This document shows, in pieces, positions 1 through 7,556 of a stretch of 31,921 bases of DNA. The stretch comes from Candidatus Omnitrophota bacterium (lineage in GTDB: Bacteria > Omnitrophota > Gorgyraeia > Gygaellales > Profunditerraquicolaceae): contig JAQTNM010000001.1 in assembly GCA_028713875.1 (NCBI GenBank), forward strand, positions 1-31,921. The letters run 5' to 3'. The translations under genes and the position numbers were made by a program. The notes under the pieces are model-generated. The model was not told the DNA's origin and did not search any database. It saw only the letters and a list, made by a program, of their open reading frames with translations. How positions within the stretch are numbered: the stretch's first letter is position 1; each line of letters begins with the position of its first letter.

Positions 1-2337
1 AGGCACAATCAGAGAGGTCTCGCGCACGACAGAGGCTTTTTCTCCGAATATGGCGCGCAGGAGTCTTTCTTCGGGAGATAACTCCGATTCGGCCTTAGGG
101 GTAACCTTGCCTACCAGTATATCCCCCGGGCCGACTTCCGCTCCGATACGGATTATACCGTCAGCGTCCAGATTGCGCAGGGCTTCTTCGCTGACGTTGG
201 GTATGTCGCGGGTTATTTCCTCGTTGCCCAGGCGGGTTTCCGTAGCCTCGATTTCAAATTCTTCCACATGGATAGAGGTAAGCATATCCTCTTTGACTAT
301 CCTGTCGTTGATGAGTATCGCGTCTTCAAAATTATATCCTCTCCAGGGCATAAAGGCGCATAAAAGATTCCTGCCTAAGGCCAGCTCTCCTCCTCTGGTA
401 GCCGTGCCGTCTGCAATAACCTGCCCCTTCTCAACATGGTCGCCGAGCTTAACCAGGGGCCTTTGATTCAAACAGGTATCGGCATTGGTGCGCAGGAATT
501 TCTTCAAATGATAGATCTTTTTGCCCACCGTGATCGAGGATGCATCAACATTGGTAACCCTGCCCGAATCTTCCGCCACCACCACTGTCCCGGAATCAAG
601 GGCTACTTTCGCTTCCATTTGGGTACCTACAAGAGGCGACTCTGTCACCATTAAAGGTACAGCCTGTCTTTGCATATTTGAGCCCATGAGCGCACGGTTG
701 GCATCGTCATGCTCAAGAAAAGGGATCAGAGAAGCTGCTACTGAAACTAATTGTTTGGGAGAAACGTCCATATACTGGACCTGCTTGCCGTGCACTTTGG
801 GAAAATCGCCTTTATACCTGCAGGAAACCTCGCGCTCTTGAAATGTACCGTCGGTCTCCAATGGCACGTTTGCCTGGGCAATGATCTTGTCCTCTTCAAC
901 GTCCGCAGTCAGGTATTCAATCTTACGCGTGACTTTTCCATCTTCTGCCTTGCGGTAAGGCGTCTCCAGTATTCCTAATGGATTTACGCGGGCATATGTG
1001 CTTAAGGAGGCGATAAGCCCGATATTCGGGCCTTCGGGAGTCTCTATGGGGCATATCCTTCCGTAATGAGAAGGGTGTATGTCCCTGACTTCAAAACCTG
1101 CGCGTTCGCGGGAAAGGCCCCCCGGACCCAATGCGCTTAATCTCCTTTTGTGAGTCATTTCCGCAAGGGGATTAACCTGGTCCATAAACTGGGAAAGCTG
1201 GCTGCGGGCAAAGAAATCGCGGATCTGGTTGGACAATAATTTCGAATTAATCAGGTAATGCACGCTTAAGGCGGAGAAATCCCCCAATATGCTTAATCTC
1301 TCTATTATCGAACGCTCAACCCTGGCCAGGCCTATTCTGACCTGGTTCTGCACCAGTTCGCCTACCGTCTTTATGCGGCGGTTGCCCAGGTGATCGATAT
1401 CATCAAGCTTGCCTTCTCCGGATTTAAGCTTGATCATATACTCGATGACCCTGATGACGGTATCTGAATCCAGGATCCTTTTCTCCAAAGAGACGTCCAT
1501 GCCCAGTTTTCTATTTAGCATGAAACGGCCGACCCTTTCCAGGTCATATCTGCCGGGGTCAAAGAATAAACGGTAAAATAAAGCCTCTGCCGCCTCTTTT
1601 GTCACCGGTTCGGTAGGACGCACCTTGCGGTAAAAATCAATATAGGCCTCTTCTTTATTTTTGGTGTAATCTTTCTTCAGGGTATTTGCGATCTCGGGGT
1701 ATTCTTTTCCGAATGCGGCAATGATATCCTGGTCGGTAGAAAAACCCAGGATCCTCAATATCTGCGTGGCGGGGAAATTCCTGCGCCTGTCAACATAGGC
1801 GAGTATGGATTCGGTAAGGTCATATTTAAACTCAAGCCAGGCGCCGCGGTAAGGGATAATGCGGCCGTAGAATATCTTTTTGCCGGTAGGATGCTCTTCT
1901 TCTTCAAAAGATACGCCGGGAGAACGCTGCAGCTGGCTGACCACGACGCGTTCGTCACCATTGATGATAAAGGTGCCGGTGTCTGTCATTAAGGGGAGTT
2001 CTCCGAAATAGGCATCCTGTTCTTTGGTATCTCCGGGAGTGATCAACCTGAATTTAACCTTAAGAGGCGCCGCATAAGTCAGGCCCCTGCGTTTACATTC
2101 GGCAATATCGTATTTGGGCTTTCCCAGAGAATAGCTGATAAACTCCAGCTTTACCGAACGGTTGACATCCTCTATGGGGAAGATCTCCTCAAACACCTCC
2201 TGCAGCCCTATGCGCTTACGCTCTGAAGGGTTTATATCGGTCTGCAGAAATTCGCGGTAAGAGGCGCACTGCACATCCAGAAAGTGCGGCAAGTCATAAA
2301 CTTCTTTTAATTTTGCAAAGTTCTTGCGCTTAGTCAT
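1..2337 (-). CDS. rpoB: DNA-directed RNA polymerase beta subunit, 5' part (779 codons; runs off the left edge)
   Basis: Hand translation from ATG at 2337 ([17 protein letters not shown]). Contains [82 protein letters not shown], and ends [21 protein letters not shown] at position 1. Follows rplL. Confidence 0.99.
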   Translation of the reverse strand, partial: MTKRKNFAKLKEVYDLPHFLDVQCASYREFLQTDINPSERKRIGLQEVFEEIFPIEDVNRSVKLEFISYSLGKPKYDIAECKRRGLTYAAPLKVKFRLITPGDTKEQDAYFGELPLMTDTGTFIINGDERVVVSQLQRSPGVSFEEEEHPTGKKIFYGRIIPYRGAWLEFKYDLTESILAYVDRRRNFPATQILRILGFSTDQDIIAAFGKEYPEIANTLKKDYTKNKEEAYIDFYRKVRPTEPVTKEAAEALFYRLFFDPGRYDLERVGRFMLNRKLGMDVSLEKRILDSDTVIRVIEYMIKLKSGEGKLDDIDHLGNRRIKTVGELVQNQVRIGLARVERSIIERLSILGDFSALSVHYLINSKLLSNQIRDFFARSQLSQFMDQVNPLAEMTHKRRLSALGPGGLSRERAGFEVRDIHPSHYGRICPIETPEGPNIGLIASLSTYARVNPLGILETPYRKAEDGKVTRKIEYLTADVEEDKIIAQANVPLETDGTFQEREVSCRYKGDFPKVHGKQVQYMDVSPKQLVSVAASLIPFLEHDDANRALMGSNMQRQAVPLMVTESPLVGTQMEAKVALDSGTVVVAEDSGRVTNVDASSITVGKKIYHLKKFLRTNADTCLNQRPLVKLGDHVEKGQVIADGTATRGGELALGRNLLCAFMPWRGYNFEDAILINDRIVKEDMLTSIHVEEFEIEATETRLGNEEITRDIPNVSEEALRNLDADGIIRIGAEVGPGDILVGKVTPKAESELSPEERLLRAIFGEKASVVRETSLIVP

Positions 2338-2357
2338 TTTGATTAATTGATTAATGG

Positions 2358-2383
2358 GTTAATTTACCATCCCGTAAATTAAC
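2358..2383. promoter_or_regulatory. Perfect 10-bp hairpin between rplL and rpoB (possible attenuator or processing stem)
   Basis: GTTAATTTAC-CATCCC-GTAAATTAAC is seen directly. The function is inferred from position only. Confidence 0.45.
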
Positions 2384-2410
2384 AGCTCGCCAATTAGCCA
2401 CTCCCTGTAT

Positions 2411-2797
2411 TTACTTTAATTCTACGGTAGCTCCGGCTGTCTCAAGCTTCTTTTTCATCTCTGCGGCTTCTTCTTTTGTCGCGCCTTCTTTTACGGGCTT
2501 GGGTGCGCCGTCAACCAGATCCTTGGCTTCCTTCAGGCCGAGGCTGGTAATCGCCCTTACTTCCTTGATCACCGCGATCTTATTGGCGCCGGCATTAACC
2601 AGGACCACGGTAAAGGTGCTCTTTTCTTCAGCAGCAGCTGCTCCAGGAGCAGCGCCTGCGGCTGCGGGCATAGCCATCATCGGCATATTCGCCTTTACGT
2701 CAAACTTTTCTTCCAGGGCTTTGACTAAATCTGCCAGCTCCAGGACGCTTAAGTCCTCTATAGATTTAATCATACCTTCTAATTTCTCGTTTGCCAT
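2411..2797 (-). CDS. rplL: 50S ribosomal protein L7/L12
   Basis: [17 protein letters not shown], Ala-rich hinge, [27 protein letters not shown]. Confidence 0.99.
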   Translation of the reverse strand: MANEKLEGMIKSIEDLSVLELADLVKALEEKFDVKANMPMMAMPAAAGAAPGAAAAEEKSTFTVVLVNAGANKIAVIKEVRAITSLGLKEAKDLVDGAPKPVKEGATKEEAAEMKKKLETAGATVELK

Positions 2798-2811
2798 TTT
2801 ATCTTCCTCCT

Positions 2812-3339
2812 TTAACTAGTCTTCTTTTGCCTTATCTGGTCCAAACAATAAACAAACTTCGCCAATACGCGGTTGAGCGTTACGGCTAATCCCGATATCG
2901 GCGAATTCAAAAGCACCACTAACTGGTGTCTTAAGACCTCCATGGGGGGTATTGTAGCCAGGGCTTCGATATCTTTCTGTCCCAAAACTTTATCTTCCAG
3001 GAATCCGGCTTCCAGCTTCAGCTGTTCGTGTTCCTTGGAAAAAGTACACAGCGCCTTGGAAGCAGCGATCGGTTCTTCACTTACAAAGATCAAGCCACAG
3101 GGGCCCTCAATGGTCTTAACCACCGTATCGAACCCTGAATCTTTTAGGGCGCGCCTGGCTACGCTGTTTTTTGCCACAAACAGATTCGCCCCGGATACTT
3201 TTAACTGCTGCCTCAATGCGCTAATGTCGGGGCTGGATAGCCCGGAGTACTTTACAATAAAAAATGCGCTCGCATTTTTAAGGTTATTCTTGATGCGGTT
3301 CTCTGAAGCTTCTTTGACTATAAGGCCGATTTTCTTCAT
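2812..3339 (-). CDS. rplJ: 50S ribosomal protein L10
   Basis: [41 protein letters not shown]. Sits between rplA and rplL. Confidence 0.96.
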   Translation of the reverse strand: MKKIGLIVKEASENRIKNNLKNASAFFIVKYSGLSSPDISALRQQLKVSGANLFVAKNSVARRALKDSGFDTVVKTIEGPCGLIFVSEEPIAASKALCTFSKEHEQLKLEAGFLEDKVLGQKDIEALATIPPMEVLRHQLVVLLNSPISGLAVTLNRVLAKFVYCLDQIRQKKTS

Positions 3340-4016
3340 ATCGCGATTTTTAAACCCGGGTTCATGGTTGAGGAAATAAACAAACTCTTGATGAACTTAC
3401 CCTTAACCGAAGCGGGCTTTGCTTCAGTCAGGGCATCAATGACCTTGGAGGCGTTATCGTGCAGCTTATCCGCCTCAAAAGAAATTTTGCCTACCGATAT
3501 GTGCACGCCGCTCTGCTTGTCTACCCGGAATTCCACTTTGCCTTTTTTTACGTCGCCGATTGCCTTGGCAATATCGTTGGTAACGGTGCCGGTCTTGGGG
3601 CTGGGCATAAGCCCGCGCGGCCCCAGGACTTTACCCAGGCGGCTTAAGTCCTTCATCATCTCGGGAGTGGCTATGGCGCAGTCAAAATCCAGGAACCCGG
3701 CCGCTACTTTCTCTATCAGCTCGGGGCCGCCGACATAATCGGCCTGGGCATCTTTTGCGATACTTTCGTGCTCGCCTTTACAAAAGACAGCAACCCTTAC
3801 TTTTTTCCCCGTCCCATGCGGAAGCACAACGGTACCGCGTACCATCTGGTCGGACTTTTTAGGGTCCACGCTTAAATTAAAATGCAGGTCAACCGAGCTG
3901 TCAAACTTGGGAGGGTTCATCTTCTTTAAAGATACGATCGCCTCGTTAAGCTGATAAACGGTATTTGCATCTATCTGCTTTAATGACTCCTTGTACCGTT
4001 TACTGTACGTTCTCAT
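3336..4016 (-). CDS. rplA: 50S ribosomal protein L1
   Basis: [45 protein letters not shown]. Confidence 0.99.
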   Translation of the reverse strand: MRTYSKRYKESLKQIDANTVYQLNEAIVSLKKMNPPKFDSSVDLHFNLSVDPKKSDQMVRGTVVLPHGTGKKVRVAVFCKGEHESIAKDAQADYVGGPELIEKVAAGFLDFDCAIATPEMMKDLSRLGKVLGPRGLMPSPKTGTVTNDIAKAIGDVKKGKVEFRVDKQSGVHISVGKISFEADKLHDNASKVIDALTEAKPASVKGKFIKSLFISSTMNPGLKIAI

Positions 4017-4018
4017 TT

Positions 4019-4447
4019 TTAACCTTCCACGGCTATGCCCATGCTTCTGGCTGTGCCGGCGATGATCTTGACTGCCTCTTCCATATCCTGGGTATTTAAA
4101 TCCTTGGCTTTCAGCTTGGCAATCTCTTCAATCTGTTTCCTGGTTACCGTGCCTATCGTCTCCTTGCCGGCTATACCCGAAGCCTTTGCCAGATTAGCTG
4201 CGCGTTTCAGAAGAACTGATGAAGGAGGACTTTTAATAATAAAAGTAAAACTTCTGTCTTCGTATACGCTGATGACAGCCGGCAAGATCAATCCCTCGCC
4301 CTTTCCTTTAGTCTGGTCGTTAAACTGCTTGCAGAACTGCATGATGTTGACGCCGTGCTGGCCTAAAGCCGGGCCGACCGGGGGAGCGGGATTGGCGGCT
4401 CCTGCGGGTACGTATAATTTGATCTGTGCCACTACCTTTTTAGCCAT
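4019..4447 (-). CDS. rplK: 50S ribosomal protein L11
   Basis: [37 protein letters not shown]. Confidence 0.99.
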   Translation of the reverse strand: MAKKVVAQIKLYVPAGAANPAPPVGPALGQHGVNIMQFCKQFNDQTKGKGEGLILPAVISVYEDRSFTFIIKSPPSSVLLKRAANLAKASGIAGKETIGTVTRKQIEEIAKLKAKDLNTQDMEEAVKIIAGTARSMGIAVEG

Positions 4448-4448
4448 T

Positions 4449-4976
4449 CTATATTTTCTCTACCTGCCAATATTCCAATTCTACCGGCGTGGACCTTCCG
4501 AAGATAGAGACACTTACCTTTAATTTGCCTTTCTCCGGATGGATCTCTTCTATAGTGCCGTTGAAATTCAGAAAAGGCCCTTCGGTTATCCTGACCTGCT
4601 CTCCTCTTTCAAAAATTATCTTGGGGCTGGGCTTAACCTGTGTATCCTGGGCTTTCTTAAGTATATTGTCTATTTCGGCTTGCGGCAGAGGCATGGGCTT
4701 TTTCCCTAAACCGATGAAACCGGTTACTCCCGGAGTAGTCTTTATGAGGAGGTGCGTCTGCTCCGTCAATTCCATTTCCACCAGCAGATAACCCGGGAAA
4801 AACTTCCTCTGTGATATCCTGCGCCTGCCGGAACGGATTTCCGAAACCTGCTCGGTGGGGATGACCACTTTGGTAATGAGCTCGTTTAACCCCTGCCCCG
4901 AAATCCTGCTTTCCAGCAATGCCTTTACCTTATCTTCCGCGCCAGTCTGTGTATGCACCACGTACCAGTTCATCAT
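4449..4976 (-). CDS. nusG: Transcription termination/antitermination factor NusG
   Basis: [33 protein letters not shown] motif [23 protein letters not shown]. Confidence 0.99.
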   Translation of the reverse strand: MMNWYVVHTQTGAEDKVKALLESRISGQGLNELITKVVIPTEQVSEIRSGRRRISQRKFFPGYLLVEMELTEQTHLLIKTTPGVTGFIGLGKKPMPLPQAEIDNILKKAQDTQVKPSPKIIFERGEQVRITEGPFLNFNGTIEEIHPEKGKLKVSVSIFGRSTPVELEYWQVEKI

Positions 4977-5164
4977 CTAAATATGAAATTCAGCGTCCTG
5001 GAAAGAATGAAATCGGTCAGGAATATGAAGAGGGCCATTATTGCGGTTATCACTATAACCACAAAGGTAGAACCCAACACCTCTTGTCGCGTTGACCATG
5101 ATACCTTCCCTAACTCTGCCTTTACTTCTTTTAAAAAATTTGCCGGTTTTGCAAATACGCTCAT
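4973..5164 (-). CDS. secE: Preprotein translocase subunit SecE
   Basis: FLKEVKAELGKVSWSTRQE followed by one TM helix. Lies between tRNA-Trp and nusG. Confidence 0.97.
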   Translation of the reverse strand: MSVFAKPANFLKEVKAELGKVSWSTRQEVLGSTFVVIVITAIMALFIFLTDFILSRTLNFIFR

Positions 5165-5194
5165 TATGCCTCTTTTAGGTTCGACTCACACCAA

Positions 5195-5265
5195 CAGGAG
5201 CGGCAGGAGTCGAACCTGCAGTCACGGTTTTGGAGACCGTTGGTTTGCCATTAACCGACGCTCCT
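5195..5265 (-). tRNA. tRNA-Trp (CCA); 3' CCA not encoded
   Basis: Acceptor AGGAGCG/CGCTCCT, anticodon arm ACGGT-CTCCAAA-ACCGT, T arm GCAGG-TTCGACT-CCTGC. Confidence 0.97.
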
Positions 5266-5280
5266 AAGAAAACTAAAAAA

Positions 5281-5430
5281 CTACTTTATCTCTTTATGCA
5301 GACTGTGCTTGTGGCAATGCCTGCAGAATCTGCTTATCTCTAATTTTTCCTGGTGCGTCTTCTTGTTCTTGGTCGTGGTGTAATTCCGGTTCTTGCAGAC
5401 CGTGCATTCTAAAGTGATTATCTCGCGCAT
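5281..5430 (-). CDS. rpmG: 50S ribosomal protein L33, zinc-binding type (49 aa)
   Basis: Hand translation [49 protein letters not shown], with two CxxC pairs. Too short for the ORF track. Confidence 0.97.
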   Translation of the reverse strand: MREIITLECTVCKNRNYTTTKNKKTHQEKLEISRFCRHCHKHSLHKEIK

Positions 5431-5470
5431 AAAATTAATCTTGAATGAGTGGTTGCGTCCGCTCCAAAAA

Positions 5471-5543
5471 AGCTGGAGACGGGAATTGAACCCGTGACCC
5501 CGTCCTTACCAAGGACGTGCTCTGCCAACTGAGCTACTCCAGC
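5471..5543 (-). tRNA. tRNA-Thr (GGT); 3' CCA not encoded
   Basis: GCTGGAG/CTCCAGC acceptor, TAGCTCAGTTGGCAGAGC D arm, CGTCC-TTGGTAA-GGACG anticodon arm, ACGGG-TTCAATT-CCCGT T arm. Confidence 0.98.
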
Positions 5544-5707
5544 GCTCAAAAAGATCACAGGCTTACTCGCTTTACCTATATATATACGTAGAGACAAAAA
5601 ACTCCTCCGCTTAAAGAATTCTTCAAAATTCTTTTTTTCGCCTTGAACCCTTAACGTTTTGCGAGAAAACGCGGTGAAGTTATTTTGCGGGTTACTGTAA
5701 AACAATA

Positions 5708-5736
5708 AGAATACATTAAGAAATGGATCTTGTCAA
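5708..5736 (-). promoter_or_regulatory. Sigma70-type promoter for the tRNA-Thr-rpmG-secE-nusG-rpl-rpoB operon
   Basis: TTGACA (5736-5731), 17-nt spacer, TATTCT (5713-5708). Confidence 0.7.
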
Positions 5737-5766
5737 CACTTTTTTACAAATTTTTTAGCATAACGC

Positions 5767-5834
5767 ATCTCATTTTTTTGGCCTCCGCACGCTGAAAATT
5801 TTCTAATGCGTGCTCCGGCCAAGAAGCCTGAGAT
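5767..5834 (-). repeat. Internally deleted copy of the ~170-bp hairpin element, inverted relative to the full copies
   Basis: Minus strand ATCTCAGGCTTCTTGGCCGGAGCACGCATTAGAAAATTTTCAGCGTGCGGAGGCCAAAAAAATGAGAT matches the left arm (GCTGGAGCGCGCATTAG / GCTGGAGGCTGCATAAGAAAAT) fused to the right arm (ATTTTCAGCAGCC / GCGCTGCGGAAGC) of the full copies. Confidence 0.7.
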
Positions 5835-6003
5835 ATCCTTTCCTGGAAAATTATCGTAATTTTAAGCCCCTGGGCGTCTTACGCTCGTTCGGAAACGGTA
5901 TTGAATTTAGGAGACCCTACTCAAAAACACTCGTTACAATTAATATCCGGTCAAATGAATTGTGTTGCTTATTGATAAATAACAGCCGGGTTAAGTTGTG
6001 GAA

Positions 6004-6026
6004 GACTTAAGGTAACTACCTTAGTC
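6004..6026 (-). terminator. Hairpin 8 nt after the pilin stop codon; weak terminator candidate
   Basis: GAC-TAAGGTA-GT-TACCTTA-A-GTC. The U tract is poor (TTCC) and the loop is very small. Confidence 0.3.
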
Positions 6027-6034
6027 AGAGAATA

Positions 6035-6481
6035 TTATCCGGAGCCCGGAAGGCCAAAGCACGGGTCAAACCCCTCAGTATAAAAGCAGTGCCAGTTGCT
6101 TTGGCCTGTGTCCAGATGATATTCCAGATAGTATTCATAACCCCTAGATGCGTTTGGGGTCTTGCCGCTACTGGTGCATCTGGTTGCTCGCAAGCGCAGC
6201 GAGTCTGACGTTATAGTCCCAATTTCATACCTATAGAAGTTTGTAGATACACAGGAATTAGTCGCCCCTACGTCGGCATTCACTATCCCGGTCAGCGAAC
6301 CATTTTTCCAATAATATTCTGTCGCCATCTGACGCATATTTCCAATACGTACTTTAGCTTCGGCAAGGCGGGTGCTTTCTACTTGTTTGCTGTATTGGGT
6401 AAAACCTAAGGTGGCCAGGATGCCTAAAATAACTATAACTACGACTAATTCCAACAGGGTAAACGCGCGGTTTTTGATCAT
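6035..6481 (-). CDS. Type IV pilin-like protein (prepilin N-terminal cleavage/methylation domain)
   Basis: Class III signal MIKNRA|FTLLELVVVIVILGILA with Glu at +5, amphipathic helix QYSKQVESTRLAEA, and four Cys in the C-terminal half. Confidence 0.92.
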   Translation of the reverse strand: MIKNRAFTLLELVVVIVILGILATLGFTQYSKQVESTRLAEAKVRIGNMRQMATEYYWKNGSLTGIVNADVGATNSCVSTNFYRYEIGTITSDSLRLRATRCTSSGKTPNASRGYEYYLEYHLDTGQSNWHCFYTEGFDPCFGLPGSG

Positions 6482-6488
6482 TGGTATT

Positions 6489-6516
6489 AGTTTACATCTG
6501 CACCTATTTTTGTCAA
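6489..6516 (-). promoter_or_regulatory. Sigma70-type promoter of the pilin gene (near-leaderless)
   Basis: TTGACA (6516-6511), 16-nt spacer, TAAACT (6494-6489), then 7 nt to the ATG at 6481. No Shine-Dalgarno. Confidence 0.6.
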
Positions 6517-6562
6517 CTTTTTTATGGAATAAATCTGAGGATGGATATCTTATCCTAATTAT

Positions 6563-6732
6563 GAAATTTTAGGTTTTTGCTGGAGCGCGCATTAGGATTT
6601 TTTCGGCAAGAGTGTGCAAGGATTTACGAGGAGTGGAAAACGCTAATCCGATACAGGCTACTCGCAGCGACGAAGTAAACCGTAGCACACGGCGAAAAAA
6701 TTAGAGCGCTGCGGAAGCAAAACCAAAAATTC
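6563..6732. repeat. ~170-bp imperfect-palindrome element, full copy 1 (REP/MITE-like or structured RNA)
   Basis: Nested inverted repeats and a 26-nt core AACGCTAATCCGATACAGGCTACTCG (6639-6664) identical to 30869-30894. Confidence 0.9.
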
Positions 6733-6770
6733 CTACTTGAGCAGAAAATTGACAGACTAAATGTATAACT

Positions 6771-7556
6771 TTATAGATTAGCTAAGTGGGCGAAATCGGA
6801 GAGGGCCAGGTCTTCGGGGCGGATGTTTGCATTTATATTGTAATTGCGGAAAAATTTTTCCAGCTTTTCGGATGGAACAGTCTCACGAAGGCTGTTCCTT
6901 AATGTCTTTCTCCTCTTGTTGAATGCCGAGCGGATAACCTTGAAAAAATATTCTTCGTCCTTCACTTTTACCGCGGGCTGGTCTCTTATCTCCAGTGACA
7001 GGAAAGACGAATCCACTTTCGGAGCGGGATTAAAACTCGTATTCTTAATGGAAAACATGACTCTGGGCAGGCAATAGTATTGGACAAAACAGCTGAATGA
7101 GCCGTAATCCTTGGAACCCGGCTTGGCGCAGATCCTGAGGGCAAATTCTTTCTGGACGGTGAGGAATATTTTTCCGATGATGTCGCGGTATCCCAACAGA
7201 TGCGCGATAATCGGGGAGGTAATGTAATAGGGCACGTTACCGATCACTTTTATTTTTTGGCGCAAGCTACCGAAATGACGCGCTAAATCAAGTTTCAATA
7301 TATCGGCTTTAATTATTTTTATGTTTTGGTGTCCCTGCGTAGAATCCTTTAATGCCTGCCACAGGTCCTTGTCAAACTCTACTGCATAGACGGTATCTAC
7401 ATGCTCGGCGATCAGATTCGTGATCTCTCCCCTGCCTGCTCCTATTTCCAGCACTATGTCTGTTTTCTGCAGCTGACAGGAAACGGCGATCTTTTTGCGG
7501 ATATTTTTGTCGGCGAGGAAATTCTGGCCTAGTCTTTTTTTAGGTTTAGGGTACAT
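6771..7556 (-). CDS. rsmA: 16S rRNA m6,2A1518/1519 dimethyltransferase RsmA/KsgA
   Basis: KKRLGQNFL, LEIGAGRG, GNVPYYITSPII, PAPKVDS, AFNKRRKTLRNSL. Confidence 0.98.
   Translation of the reverse strand: MYPKPKKRLGQNFLADKNIRKKIAVSCQLQKTDIVLEIGAGRGEITNLIAEHVDTVYAVEFDKDLWQALKDSTQGHQNIKIIKADILKLDLARHFGSLRQKIKVIGNVPYYITSPIIAHLLGYRDIIGKIFLTVQKEFALRICAKPGSKDYGSFSCFVQYYCLPRVMFSIKNTSFNPAPKVDSSFLSLEIRDQPAVKVKDEEYFFKVIRSAFNKRRKTLRNSLRETVPSEKLEKFFRNYNINANIRPEDLALSDFAHLANL

Noticed and set aside
1080-1260. Rifampicin-resistance substitutions in RpoB
   Set aside because: Cluster I residues (Q, D, H, R, S in [17 protein letters not shown]) are the sensitive type.
4005-4035. GTGGAAGG at the end of rplK as an L1-binding site
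   Set aside because: The complementary ACCAC strand of the Firmicutes-type site is absent.
5418-5705. 95-aa minus-strand ORF
   Set aside because: It runs through tRNA-Thr and overlaps the rpmG start, so it is not a credible CDS.
5835-6030. Riboswitch or known ncRNA downstream of the pilin
   Set aside because: Only small local hairpins; no c-di-GMP, SRP, 6S or tmRNA consensus recognised.
6563-6732. CRISPR interpretation of the repeats
   Set aside because: The copies are 24 kb apart, there is no repeat-spacer periodicity, and no cas genes are present.
5195-6771. tRNA-targeted genomic island
   Set aside because: The pilin lies on the 5' side of the tRNAs, with no integrase and no direct repeat of a tRNA 3' end.
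6749-6779. Plus-strand TTGACA near the rsmA stop as an antisense promoter
   Set aside because: No TAnnnT hexamer at 16-18 nt spacing; TATAAC is only 9 nt away.
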